From: a virus
Length of the DNA stretch: 55,127 nt
IMG/VR virus record: IMGVR_UViG_3300045988_100944
Reading direction: 5' to 3' (one strand)
The translations under genes were made by a program, and so were the position numbers. Below the pieces are notes generated by a model. The model saw nothing but the letters and a program-made list of their open reading frames with translations, did no database searches and was not told the DNA's origin. This document shows, in pieces, positions 42,293-50,843 of this stretch (positions are counted from its first letter, which is position 1; each line of letters begins with the position of its first letter).

Positions 42293-42324
42293 AAAAAAAG
42301 AGCCAAAAGTGTCATCTTTCGCTC
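42293..42324 (-). terminator. Hairpin + U-run between attP and accessory operon
   Basis: Minus strand GAGCGAAAG/CTTTTGGCTC (one mismatch) then TTTTTTT. Confidence 0.45.
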
Positions 42325-42365
42325 AACTTTCTGTCATATATTTTTTTGTTTTGTATGGGGCTTTT

Positions 42366-42405
42366 CTACACCAATCTTACACCACTACACCAATTTTACA
42401 CCAAT
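42366..42405 (+). repeat. Arm-type repeat cluster (3 good + 1 degenerate CTACACCAAT)
   Basis: 42366-42375, 42377-42385 (degenerate), 42385-42394, 42396-42405. Confidence 0.8.
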
Positions 42406-42626
42406 TTTCTAAAAATTATTCATTTGTTTTGAAAAGTTATTCAATGTTTATCTTTTTTGTATGAATTGCTCAAAACCGTTGAAAATAAAGTTATTAACAA
42501 TGTTTTTAAAGTTATAGCAAGATATTTTCATTTTGAATAAAAATTTCAATATCATTTCATTCCCAAAATGTATATACTTATTAAAAACATTGATAAAACA
42601 AGGTGTTCTATATGTATTTTTTATTT

Positions 42627-42648
42627 CTACACCAATTTCTACACCAAT
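42627..42648 (+). repeat. Arm-type repeat cluster (2 x CTACACCAAT), overlaps int stop
   Basis: 42627-42636 and 42639-42648, same orientation as left cluster. Confidence 0.8.
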
Positions 42649-43766
42649 TTTAAGTTTTTTTCTATTGCTTCGATTTCCTCCAGTTTGGATTCATCCGTTA
42701 CATGAACATACAAATTCATCGTCATTTCAATTTTGCTATGACCTAGGATTGCTTGCAGCGTTTTAGGGCGCATGCCACTTTCTATACATCTCGTAGCGAA
42801 TGTGTGCCTTAGCAAGTGAATTGAGAACTTTCTCATTCCCAATCTATTGCAAATAGCATATATTCCTTGATTATACGCTGACTTTTGAATTAGATTTCCG
42901 TTTTTGTTCAGAAAAATATAATCTGCATACTGGATTGGAATAATTTTGTTTTGAGAATTCTTCTCTTTTTGACTATATAAAATATTGACAGCTTCTTTTG
43001 TAAGCGGTATCTCCCGATGCCCGCTTTTTGTCTTTGGTTCTCCGATTACAAACCCTTGTTTCGCGACCTCCGATGCACTTCTCTGTATTTTTATTTTTCG
43101 ATTTTTAAAATCTACATCAGACCACTTTAACGCAATCAATTCTCCAACCCGAATCCCGGTTTGCAGCACAAACGCATATCCATTATAAAATGATGATTTT
43201 TCTGATTCTTTTAAGAAAGTTTTTTGCTCATCAACAGTTAGTGCTTCTCGCGCTTCTGTTTTTTTACCACCAGTTGCTTTCACATTCCTTCTTACAGGAT
43301 TTCTTTCTATTAAATAATTTTCGACAGCACATTCAAAAACACTCCACATTAAATCTCTATGCACCTTAATGGTAGATGTCTTATGCCCTTCATTCATCAT
43401 ATTTAGTACTTTCTGACAATGAATCGGCTTTACGTCTTTTAATTCCATATTCCCAATAATTGGAGAAATAGAAAAGCTCCACATACTTCTGTAGTTTCTT
43501 TCTGTTATAATTCTTATGCTATCTCCCTTTACTTCATTTATCCAGTAGTCAAACCACGCATCGACTGTTGGAGAGTCAGAAAAGAACACATCACCATGTT
43601 CATCCTCAAACTGCGCATCTGCCATCCATGCCCTGCACTCCTGCAACTTATGAAAGTATTTCTGTTTTCGTTTTCCAGATTTTGTTGTAAAACGTCCTGT
43701 ATACATTCCGTCTTTCCGTTGGCTGATACCAACGCCTAATTCTTTACCTCTAAGGTCTTTTCCCAT
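42639..43766 (-). CDS. int: Tyrosine integrase
   Basis: ORF track trimmed to MGKDLRGKELGVGISQRKDG; C-terminal HLLRHTFATRCIESG...LGHSKIEMTMNLYVHV. Confidence 0.92.
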   Translation of the reverse strand: MGKDLRGKELGVGISQRKDGMYTGRFTTKSGKRKQKYFHKLQECRAWMADAQFEDEHGDVFFSDSPTVDAWFDYWINEVKGDSIRIITERNYRSMWSFSISPIIGNMELKDVKPIHCQKVLNMMNEGHKTSTIKVHRDLMWSVFECAVENYLIERNPVRRNVKATGGKKTEAREALTVDEQKTFLKESEKSSFYNGYAFVLQTGIRVGELIALKWSDVDFKNRKIKIQRSASEVAKQGFVIGEPKTKSGHREIPLTKEAVNILYSQKEKNSQNKIIPIQYADYIFLNKNGNLIQKSAYNQGIYAICNRLGMRKFSIHLLRHTFATRCIESGMRPKTLQAILGHSKIEMTMNLYVHVTDESKLEEIEAIEKNLKLV

Positions 43767-43836
43767 CGTTACACACCCTTTCATTTTGAGAAAAGCCCCA
43801 TACAGCGTCATATTACCATACAGGGCTAATTTCTGT

Positions 43837-44238
43837 CTATATCTCAACAGTATTTTCAATAAACTTGTCAAATTCCTTTCGCTTAATGAGCTTTCTGTTC
43901 CCGTTTGTAAGGGCGAAAGTGCATCTTGGGTTATTCGCAAGTTTTCTGAGCGTTGCCGTTCCGATATTGCTATAGGCGGACGCTTCATCAATCGTCATTG
44001 TAACTTTCTGCCAAATCGGTACTTCTGGTTTCGACATATCCTCAATCCTTTCTATTTTCTTATAAATCTTCCTCAAAATGCGATTCACCGTAGATGATGA
44101 TATTTTCATCGTGTCCGCTATATAATCAATAGGGGAACCGTTACTGGACAGTTGAAATACCATCATCTCATCCTCGGTAAAATTGGCGTTCTCGATAATT
44201 TTTCGCAATTCTGGCTTTGTCAAATCTCGCAAAGCCAA
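43837..44238 (-). CDS. xis: Excisionase-type HTH fused to sigma-r4/LuxR-like HTH
   Basis: TTG start behind AAGGAGG; N: ADTMKISSSTVNRILRKI; C: MTIDEASAYSNIGTATLRKLANNP...LIKRKEFDKFIE. Confidence 0.7.
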   Translation of the reverse strand: MALRDLTKPELRKIIENANFTEDEMMVFQLSSNGSPIDYIADTMKISSSTVNRILRKIYKKIERIEDMSKPEVPIWQKVTMTIDEASAYSNIGTATLRKLANNPRCTFALTNGNRKLIKRKEFDKFIENTVEI

Positions 44239-44329
44239 TTAAGAGTACCTCCTTTATGCTTTATGTATTCTCGTTAGACCAAAGCAATTTTTTGTTCCAT
44301 TTCTTGGCGGTTTGGAAAATGGTATCCTC

Positions 44330-44758
44330 TCAATCTGATTCAGATTCATCTTTCATACCACTATTGCAAACCACAGAAATAAATTTATCTACCCTTTTCT
44401 GCAATTCTGGCGGTAGATTTTCGTAAAAGCTAATTTCTTTGACTTGGTATCCACATCTTTCTTTCATTCTCTCCATAGCCTTGATGGCAAGAAATGCACC
44501 GTTGATAGCTACGTGATATGCAGCCGGCAGTCCGCTTTCCACGTCAAGAGCATCATGGTCTTTCTGGTAAGTAATCGTATGTCGCAGCAGAGCAGCTAAC
44601 AATCTATCATCAGAGATATTTCTCCATGCCTCAATTCCTTCCATACCGTATTTCTCAACGGCAAATTCGCGTACCCTTGCTAATGGCTCTAAAATCTCCA
44701 ATGGCACAAGGTTAAGCTGTGGTTTTCCTTCATCTGATTTTACGATTGGCGTTTTCAT
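44330..44758 (-). CDS. DUF5664-like (dATP/dGTP diphosphohydrolase N-terminal domain-like) protein
   Basis: DEGKPQLNLVPLEILEPLARVREFAVEKYG...AALLRH...DVESGLPAAYHVAINGAFL. Confidence 0.6.
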   Translation of the reverse strand: MKTPIVKSDEGKPQLNLVPLEILEPLARVREFAVEKYGMEGIEAWRNISDDRLLAALLRHTITYQKDHDALDVESGLPAAYHVAINGAFLAIKAMERMKERCGYQVKEISFYENLPPELQKRVDKFISVVCNSGMKDESESD

Positions 44759-44780
44759 AAATCTTCCTCCGTTCTGGCTT

Positions 44781-45467
44781 TTATCTGATACTCATTGCTT
44801 TTATCTTTTCCAATTCTGCATGAACGGTGTCTATAACAGAATCATCCACTACTCTTTCTTTCTTCTCCCTGTCCTCAATCAACAACTTGCTTTTTTCGTC
44901 AAACGCATTAGAAAGTTGCTTAATTCTATCCTGCATTTCTATTCTGGCAGGATTCTCGTTATTGGAAAGCAAATTCCGCACTTCTGTTGGCAGCTTTGCG
45001 CTTTCGTCTTTCTGCATCAGCACAAGCCGGTATGACCTCTGAAAATTACTCATAACTACTGTCTCGTTATAATCTTCATCCGTAGCCCAAATGTGTAGCT
45101 GTTCTGGCGTTCCGATTGCACGTTGAATAATTGCAGGAAGTTTCAAAAACTCCTCGGTATATCGGTATCCACTATTTCTGATTGCTTTGCTCACCAACGC
45201 CCACGCTTCCATTTCGTTCAATTCCTGCGGCTTGCTAACGGAATGAACCATATCAACCAACTGCCCGATTGTCGGTGCAAATCCGCTTGTATCGGACAGG
45301 ATATAGGATTTCAACGCAACCGAAATCTGCTGATATGTATAATCTGAAAGCATCATTCCCCAAACCTCCGTTGTTTCTTCGATATTCTTTGGTCTGAAAT
45401 TCTGAAAACAGTTATACATGATACGCAGGATTTTCTTCGTTTCCTCTTTTGTCAGCACAAAACACAC
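44781..45467 (-). CDS. Helicase loader, G39P-like
   Basis: ILRIMYNCFQNFRPKNIEETTEVWGMMLSDYTYQQISVALKSYILSDTSGFAPTIGQLVD. Confidence 0.65.
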   Translation of the reverse strand: MCFVLTKEETKKILRIMYNCFQNFRPKNIEETTEVWGMMLSDYTYQQISVALKSYILSDTSGFAPTIGQLVDMVHSVSKPQELNEMEAWALVSKAIRNSGYRYTEEFLKLPAIIQRAIGTPEQLHIWATDEDYNETVVMSNFQRSYRLVLMQKDESAKLPTEVRNLLSNNENPARIEMQDRIKQLSNAFDEKSKLLIEDREKKERVVDDSVIDTVHAELEKIKAMSIR

Positions 45468-45470
45468 CCC

Positions 45471-46208
45471 CTAAAAATTCCAGTTTATATCGCTACTGGA
45501 AGCCTTCCCGATTTTCTCCCAAACAATACCTTGATATCCGCTTGAAATACTCTCGTTTATTGCCGTTGACACCGCCGTATCTCCGTACTGTGTTGACTTT
45601 TCCGATACGGTTTTTAAAAGTGTCCGCAGACCTCTTTCTTTGTACTTGAAATTTCTCTCTCCCTTGTAGGCTATCCAATCCTGCACCGATTCCAGAAGAT
45701 AATCGGAAATAGCAAACTCGGAAACCATATCATTCAGCATATCCGCATAAGATACTTTCTTTGCAGAAACGGAAGGAATACTTTTCGATTCTTCTTCCGT
45801 CTGGCAATCATCCGCACTGCCTCTAACCTTATTTACCGTATCCATAACGTACCGCCTAAAATCATCAGACTTAATATGCTTTGCCACATTCTCAACTCCT
45901 GCAAGGGTTTTCTCTGACTTGCTCCAGTTGTACTTGTACCATTTGAGAATCAAGACTTCCTTTGTTTCCGCACAGTACCGAATCACGCCATGCACATTTT
46001 CAAAACGCCTTATCAGCCTTGAAATTGTATCCTTCGTGTATCCTGTATGGTGCGATATTTGATTAAAACTTACCTCATAGCAGCCACATATATTCGTCTG
46101 TGGGTTTGTCAGAAGATAAGCATAGAAATACTTATCCTCTGGTGTAAAATCGTCCTCGACCTTGCTGTCCGTCCAAAACGATATGTGTAAATTCCTGTAT
46201 ATTGCCAT
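45471..46208 (-). CDS. Replisome organizer / DnaD-like replication initiator
   Basis: YRNLHISFWTDSKVEDDFTPEDKYFYAYLLTNPQTNICGCYEVS...RRFENVHGVIRY. Confidence 0.75.
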   Translation of the reverse strand: MAIYRNLHISFWTDSKVEDDFTPEDKYFYAYLLTNPQTNICGCYEVSFNQISHHTGYTKDTISRLIRRFENVHGVIRYCAETKEVLILKWYKYNWSKSEKTLAGVENVAKHIKSDDFRRYVMDTVNKVRGSADDCQTEEESKSIPSVSAKKVSYADMLNDMVSEFAISDYLLESVQDWIAYKGERNFKYKERGLRTLLKTVSEKSTQYGDTAVSTAINESISSGYQGIVWEKIGKASSSDINWNF

Positions 46209-46262
46209 AAACAACACCACGCTCTTATTTATTGTTGATTTTCTCGTTAAGTCTATCCATGC

Positions 46263-46448
46263 TCAATCCTCCTTACAACTCGGGCAGAAATGTTCCCATT
46301 CGTCCTCGCTCTTGTTATAGTGCTGCTTCCAGCCTTCCTCCTTGATGCCATGAGCACACTCGTGAAAGCTGTTATACTCGTCTGAGTACTCATAACAGCA
46401 GTCGCAGACAGCATGGTATGTATTGGTTTCTCTGTTTTTCTCAATCAT
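46263..46448 (-). CDS. Small zinc-binding protein (61 aa)
   Basis: MIEKNRETNTYHAVCDCC...CPSC; intact paralog of 47551..47696. Confidence 0.55.
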   Translation of the reverse strand: MIEKNRETNTYHAVCDCCYEYSDEYNSFHECAHGIKEEGWKQHYNKSEDEWEHFCPSCKED

Positions 46449-46921
46449 TTTTCCACCTGTCTTTCCAAGCAGTCCTTTAATGCAGCCATTACCGTATAAT
46501 CTAAAATATTAATGTCCTGCGGCTTATGCTCTTTTCTGTAGTTATATTTGAAAATCTCGCTTTCCAATGCACTTTGCAGCTTGAGCGGCTCTAACAGATT
46601 GCCTATATCATCCAGATACTGCATCTCCATTCTTGTCTTGTATGCCCGCAGTTCTTCCAGTTCCTTCCGCTGCGAAATAATCTCATCCGCAGCCTTTCCA
46701 AGCCACTCCATACATTCTGCATCCTCAAAGCAACAGCCGTATGCAGACTGATGATATGGACATCTTTCTTTACCCTCTGGATTTTCCGCACACATAAGAA
46801 GCTTTTCTCCAGATTCCAAGCGCCTCATGTTTTCATAATCCTCATAGCAGCATCCTTCTCCATTCTGACTGCCAAGGCAACGTAATGCCTTTGTTAAATC
46901 ATCCTCGTATGTCTGTTTCAT
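46445..46921 (-). CDS. Cys-rich hypothetical protein
   Basis: Trimmed to MKQTYEDD (ATGA overlap); GEGCCYEDYE ... AYGCCFEDAEC repeat. Confidence 0.55.
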   Translation of the reverse strand: MKQTYEDDLTKALRCLGSQNGEGCCYEDYENMRRLESGEKLLMCAENPEGKERCPYHQSAYGCCFEDAECMEWLGKAADEIISQRKELEELRAYKTRMEMQYLDDIGNLLEPLKLQSALESEIFKYNYRKEHKPQDINILDYTVMAALKDCLERQVEK

Positions 46922-47172
46922 CCTTTGTCCTCCTCCAACGGCTCCGGCATTTCCATCCAACCAATTACCTCGCTGACCTCTGGCACCAAGTCATAGTCAT
47001 AATCTCCGAATCTCCAACTCCAACGATACCCACACCCATCTTTTGCTTTTTCGTAATAGACAGGGTATCTGAGCGTGTTCGGCTTACCCTGTAGACCGTC
47101 CTTCACTGTAACGATTAACGGAACTCCTATCGGCGGCAAACCGTCAGTTATTTTCGTCCATTCATTTCTCAT
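46918..47172 (-). CDS. DUF551-like protein
   Basis: WTKITDGLPPIGVPLIVTV ... VIGWMEMPEP. Confidence 0.6.
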   Translation of the reverse strand: MRNEWTKITDGLPPIGVPLIVTVKDGLQGKPNTLRYPVYYEKAKDGCGYRWSWRFGDYDYDLVPEVSEVIGWMEMPEPLEEDKG

Positions 47173-47567
47173 TCGCCATTCCTCCTTCCCTCCAGTGCTG
47201 CTTCCGCTTCTTTTGGAATAACATAAAAATCATTCAATAATTCTTCAATATGTTCCCCTGTCCAAACAGGCGTATCTTTCTGTTTTACGGAAGTGACATA
47301 CCAATCATATAAAGTACTCTCGTCCATGGCTTTCTCTAAATCGACTAATCTTTTTTCATATTTTCCAACCTTGCAGGGCAGCACCAACAGCCGTCCCTGT
47401 TCTTCCAAGTCCCTGTAGCGTTTCAGTTCCTCCAGCCAGTCAGCTTCCTGCCCAAATCCCTCCGCAGTTCTTCTGACCACTCCAAATTCATCCTCCGACA
47501 GATGTTTCCAGAGCCGTTTTTCTGCCGCTCTTAACCGGTTAATCTTTTCTTCAAGCGTCATGTTCAT
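47169..47567 (-). CDS. Hypothetical protein (132 aa)
   Basis: ORF track 47169..47696 trimmed to MNMTLEEK; upstream part is a different disrupted gene. Confidence 0.5.
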   Translation of the reverse strand: MNMTLEEKINRLRAAEKRLWKHLSEDEFGVVRRTAEGFGQEADWLEELKRYRDLEEQGRLLVLPCKVGKYEKRLVDLEKAMDESTLYDWYVTSVKQKDTPVWTGEHIEELLNDFYVIPKEAEAALEGRRNGE

Positions 47568-47696
47568 CACTCCAATCAATCGCCTGTCCGCAATTAGGAC
47601 AGAACTTATAATCGTCATAATCCACCTCGTATCTGGTTTCGCAGCAGGGGCATAAATGGCATGGTATTTGTTGGTTTCTTTGTTTTTCTCAATCAT
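47551..47696 (-). pseudogene. Frameshifted zinc-ribbon gene (paralog of 46263..46448)
   Basis: MIEKNKETNKYHAI in one frame, CPCCETRYEVDYDDYKFCPNCGQAIDWSDEHDA in the -1 frame; shift near ATTTA 47653-47657. Confidence 0.5.
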
Positions 47697-47700
47697 TTCA

Positions 47701-48159
47701 TTACCACCCCTTTGCCTCGTTCACACTCAGCCCAACAATCCCTGCACTTTCCCTGCTGTCTGTTGCACGAAAATGTCCTTTCGGATGCTGTGGATACACA
47801 AGGCTCAAATCATATCCGCTTTCGATAAATTTCAATGTAAGCTCATGGTTTGCCGCATTTCCCAATTTGTCATATATCCAGTACATATCAGTTTGTGTGA
47901 ATTGCGTTCCAAGATACTTGTTGTATCCCTCCAGAAGTTTTTCTCTCCACTCTTGGTTTCTTTTTGCTGACGCATACGGTGCTCCTTTTGCAATCGGTCT
48001 GGAACACCATTCTAACAGTTTGCAAATAATATCCGTCTTATCTTTACAGCCTATCGCAGTAAAGTACACATTCCCTCTGTCTGATATAATCAATTCTCCA
48101 AACTCGTTTACAAAACTGCCCTCAAAACACTCCATTACATTGAAAATTTCATCAATCAT
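47701..48159 (-). CDS. Hypothetical protein (152 aa)
   Basis: ORF track; coupled to neighbours. Confidence 0.6.
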   Translation of the reverse strand: MIDEIFNVMECFEGSFVNEFGELIISDRGNVYFTAIGCKDKTDIICKLLEWCSRPIAKGAPYASAKRNQEWREKLLEGYNKYLGTQFTQTDMYWIYDKLGNAANHELTLKFIESGYDLSLVYPQHPKGHFRATDSRESAGIVGLSVNEAKGW

Positions 48160-49397
48160 TTTTCCACCCTCATTCTTTTTGCAATCTCGTATATTACTGG
48201 TACGGTCACGCCGTTCCCTGCCTGTTTATATAACTGGCTGTCACTGTTTACCAATTCAGCCCTGTCAAAGTATTCATCCGACCAGCCTTGCAGCCGAAAG
48301 CATTCTCTCGGTGTTAGCTTACGGATGGCAATATAGCACTGATATTTTTCGTACCAAACGGCATAAAACGCCATTCCGTCAGGCGTTGAAATCATAACTC
48401 CGTGCCGGTCCTGTCCGGTCAGAGTAAACATTGGCTCTCCATTTCCCTTCATTCTTCTGCCGTTCTGTCTTTTTTCTGCTCTGTCCGGTGTAAGTACAGG
48501 AACGCAAATGCCACTTATTTCCTTTCGCCTGTTGCAAACGCCTTTATGGTATCTCGCCTGCAAGCAAAACGCCTTATCATAAGTTTGTATTCCTGCACTT
48601 TTTGACATATCGCAAAACACAGGGATTGGAATACATGGTTCCAATCCACCGCCATCCATTTTAGAAAGTGTCGGAGAAATACCATCCACATCATATACAC
48701 GATAACGATTCGGATTGTCTCGTTTTACACTTTTTATATTCCTGATTTGTTTTATTTGAACACTATTTTCTCTGTCTGCTCCTTCGATAGGAAATACTTT
48801 TGCGGTACTTCTCCCTCTAAGATGTCCAATAATGAATACTCTTTCTCTGTTTTGTGGGACGTAATCGGCAGAATTGATAACTTGCCACTCTGCATCGTAC
48901 CCGCTTTCGTCCAGCGCAATGAGAAGTTTAAGGAAGTCCGTTCCCCCATTAACGCTAAGTAGATTTTTAACGTTTTCAATGAATAGGTATGTGGGTCTAT
49001 CCTTTTCTTCGAAGTCTTGCACAAGGCGAATAACTCTGAAAAATAGGCTGCTTCTTGCTCCGTTAAAGCCCAGTTGTTTTCCTGCGACACTAATGTCCTG
49101 ACAGGGGAATCCGAAACACCAGCAGTCTGCTTTCGGTATGTCCTCGGCGAAAATCCGTCTAATGTCATTTGCATACCATTCTCCATGCCTGTACTCCTCC
49201 TTTCCTGCTTCTGCTACTCTTTTGTTTTTCGGCAACGTGCTTATGTACTCTCGCTCCTGTTCTGTCATAAGGTGCATGACTGTGTAGCCGGCTACTGCAA
49301 ATTTATCAAATTCACAGAATCCCACACACTCATGTCCTGCCAATTCCATCCCTCTACGGAAACCACCGACACCAGAGAAGAAGTCAATGAATTTCAC
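48156..49397 (-). CDS. dcm: DNA (cytosine-5)-methyltransferase
   Basis: FSGVGGF, GFPCQDIS, ENV, QNRERVF, GNGVTV motifs. Confidence 0.92.
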   Translation of the reverse strand: MKFIDFFSGVGGFRRGMELAGHECVGFCEFDKFAVAGYTVMHLMTEQEREYISTLPKNKRVAEAGKEEYRHGEWYANDIRRIFAEDIPKADCWCFGFPCQDISVAGKQLGFNGARSSLFFRVIRLVQDFEEKDRPTYLFIENVKNLLSVNGGTDFLKLLIALDESGYDAEWQVINSADYVPQNRERVFIIGHLRGRSTAKVFPIEGADRENSVQIKQIRNIKSVKRDNPNRYRVYDVDGISPTLSKMDGGGLEPCIPIPVFCDMSKSAGIQTYDKAFCLQARYHKGVCNRRKEISGICVPVLTPDRAEKRQNGRRMKGNGEPMFTLTGQDRHGVMISTPDGMAFYAVWYEKYQCYIAIRKLTPRECFRLQGWSDEYFDRAELVNSDSQLYKQAGNGVTVPVIYEIAKRMRVEK

Positions 49398-49984
49398 GAA
49401 TCCACCTCTCCTTTCATCAACTCCATAAACTTCTCATACTGCCGTTCTGAAATCTTGTTACCCATCTTATCCGCTCTAATTTCGATTGTGAGGTGCTTTT
49501 CGGCAATATTCGATAATTCCTTCGCAAGATTCTTTCTGCCCTGTTCCAAGCCATCACGATATCCCTTGGCGGCTTTATATTCCGCAATCTGCGATTTGCC
49601 CTCTCCCTGTGAGCCACTTGTCTTGTTCCGCAACTGATAACCACCATCAGCATATTTCTTTATCCAGTGCTGTTCCGCACTATCCAACTCGGTATCCTTA
49701 TAAAGCATAAATCCGATTTTCCATCCATACTGATTTGTTTCGGCATCGTATAATCCGTGTTTTTTCAAAGATAGGTCGATATGCTGATAGCCAACAAGAT
49801 GTTGCGACAATCTGGTAATAAGGTGTATTGTTTGCCCGATGTATGCGTATTTGAATCCTTTTTCGTCAATTCTTGTGAGGAAATAAATTCCGCTGTCCTC
49901 ATTCAATTTTGGATTTACTTTCAGCAGGCGTTCCTTGTTTTTCTTCTCGATAGCTTTTGCTTTCTTGAATTTCTGATAGTCCAT
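49394..49984 (-). CDS. GIY-YIG nuclease domain protein
   Basis: SGIYFLTRIDEKGFKYAYIGQTIHLITRLSQH. Confidence 0.75.
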   Translation of the reverse strand: MDYQKFKKAKAIEKKNKERLLKVNPKLNEDSGIYFLTRIDEKGFKYAYIGQTIHLITRLSQHLVGYQHIDLSLKKHGLYDAETNQYGWKIGFMLYKDTELDSAEQHWIKKYADGGYQLRNKTSGSQGEGKSQIAEYKAAKGYRDGLEQGRKNLAKELSNIAEKHLTIEIRADKMGNKISERQYEKFMELMKGEVDS

Positions 49985-50843
49985 CTTTCAACCCCCTTAG
50001 AAGTGCCTCTCCATTTATTTTTACAGAATAATGATTTCGCATAACAAGCATTTCTTCCTTTGCACGCTTATAAAATTCTTTCGATATTTCAAATCCATAT
50101 GAGTTTCTACCGCACTCCATAGCCGCTCTCAGTGTCGAACCACTTCCGGCACAAGGGTCAATCACAACATCCCCATCGTCAGTAAAAATCTCAATCAGCC
50201 TTTTTATAACTGCTACTGGTTTTTGGGCAGGGTGTATCTTTGGTATGTCCTTTCCATCTTTTTCCCATGTGAACCAGTTGAAAATCATCCGTCCAGTACC
50301 GCGAATATTTTTCCCATTCTCGTCCTTCTGGCAGCCGTTTCTAAACTTTGGCAGTCTCCCACGATAAAACACAAGGGCGTATTCTGTAGCACCTACAATA
50401 CGCATATTCGCCTTTAAAACCTGCGGACTGTAATTCTTACAGAAAACCAGTGGTATATAGTTTACAAATCCGTGTTTCTTAGCGGCATTGATAAGCGTGG
50501 GAATCTGCTCAAAGCTGCAAAACACAATCATACACGGGCTGTTGCTGCTTCTGCCACGTGATACGGTTTTCGTATCTTCTTTCTTCAACAGTTTGCTGCA
50601 AAAATGGAAATACTCGTACAGATTGAAATTAAAATCTGTATTAAAAGCCGCTTTTCCGGCAAGTTTGCTTTCGCCGTTTTTATTGTCCCCACCCTTGTAC
50701 CACATTGGATTGCTACCGTAGAAGTTTGTACCCACGTTGTATGGGATATCGGCAATAACAAGTTGTGCTTTCGGGATGCCGTATCGCTTATAATTTTGGA
50801 AATTGTCATTGAACAATTCTGTTTTGATGTCTTTCAAATCCAT
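49899..50843 (-). CDS. N4/N6 DNA methyltransferase (beta class)
   Basis: Trimmed to MDLKDIK; VIADIPYNVG then VIDPCAGSGSTLRAA; last 86 nt overlap GIY-YIG gene. Confidence 0.85.
   Translation of the reverse strand: MDLKDIKTELFNDNFQNYKRYGIPKAQLVIADIPYNVGTNFYGSNPMWYKGGDNKNGESKLAGKAAFNTDFNFNLYEYFHFCSKLLKKEDTKTVSRGRSSNSPCMIVFCSFEQIPTLINAAKKHGFVNYIPLVFCKNYSPQVLKANMRIVGATEYALVFYRGRLPKFRNGCQKDENGKNIRGTGRMIFNWFTWEKDGKDIPKIHPAQKPVAVIKRLIEIFTDDGDVVIDPCAGSGSTLRAAMECGRNSYGFEISKEFYKRAKEEMLVMRNHYSVKINGEALLRGLKDGLSEIQESKSYREEKQGTPAESKSKIE

Larger units (their letters stand above)
42316..42652. other. attP region
   Basis: AT-rich ORF-free stretch 3' of int, bracketed by clusters of CTACACCAAT arm-type repeats. 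Confidence 0.65.
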
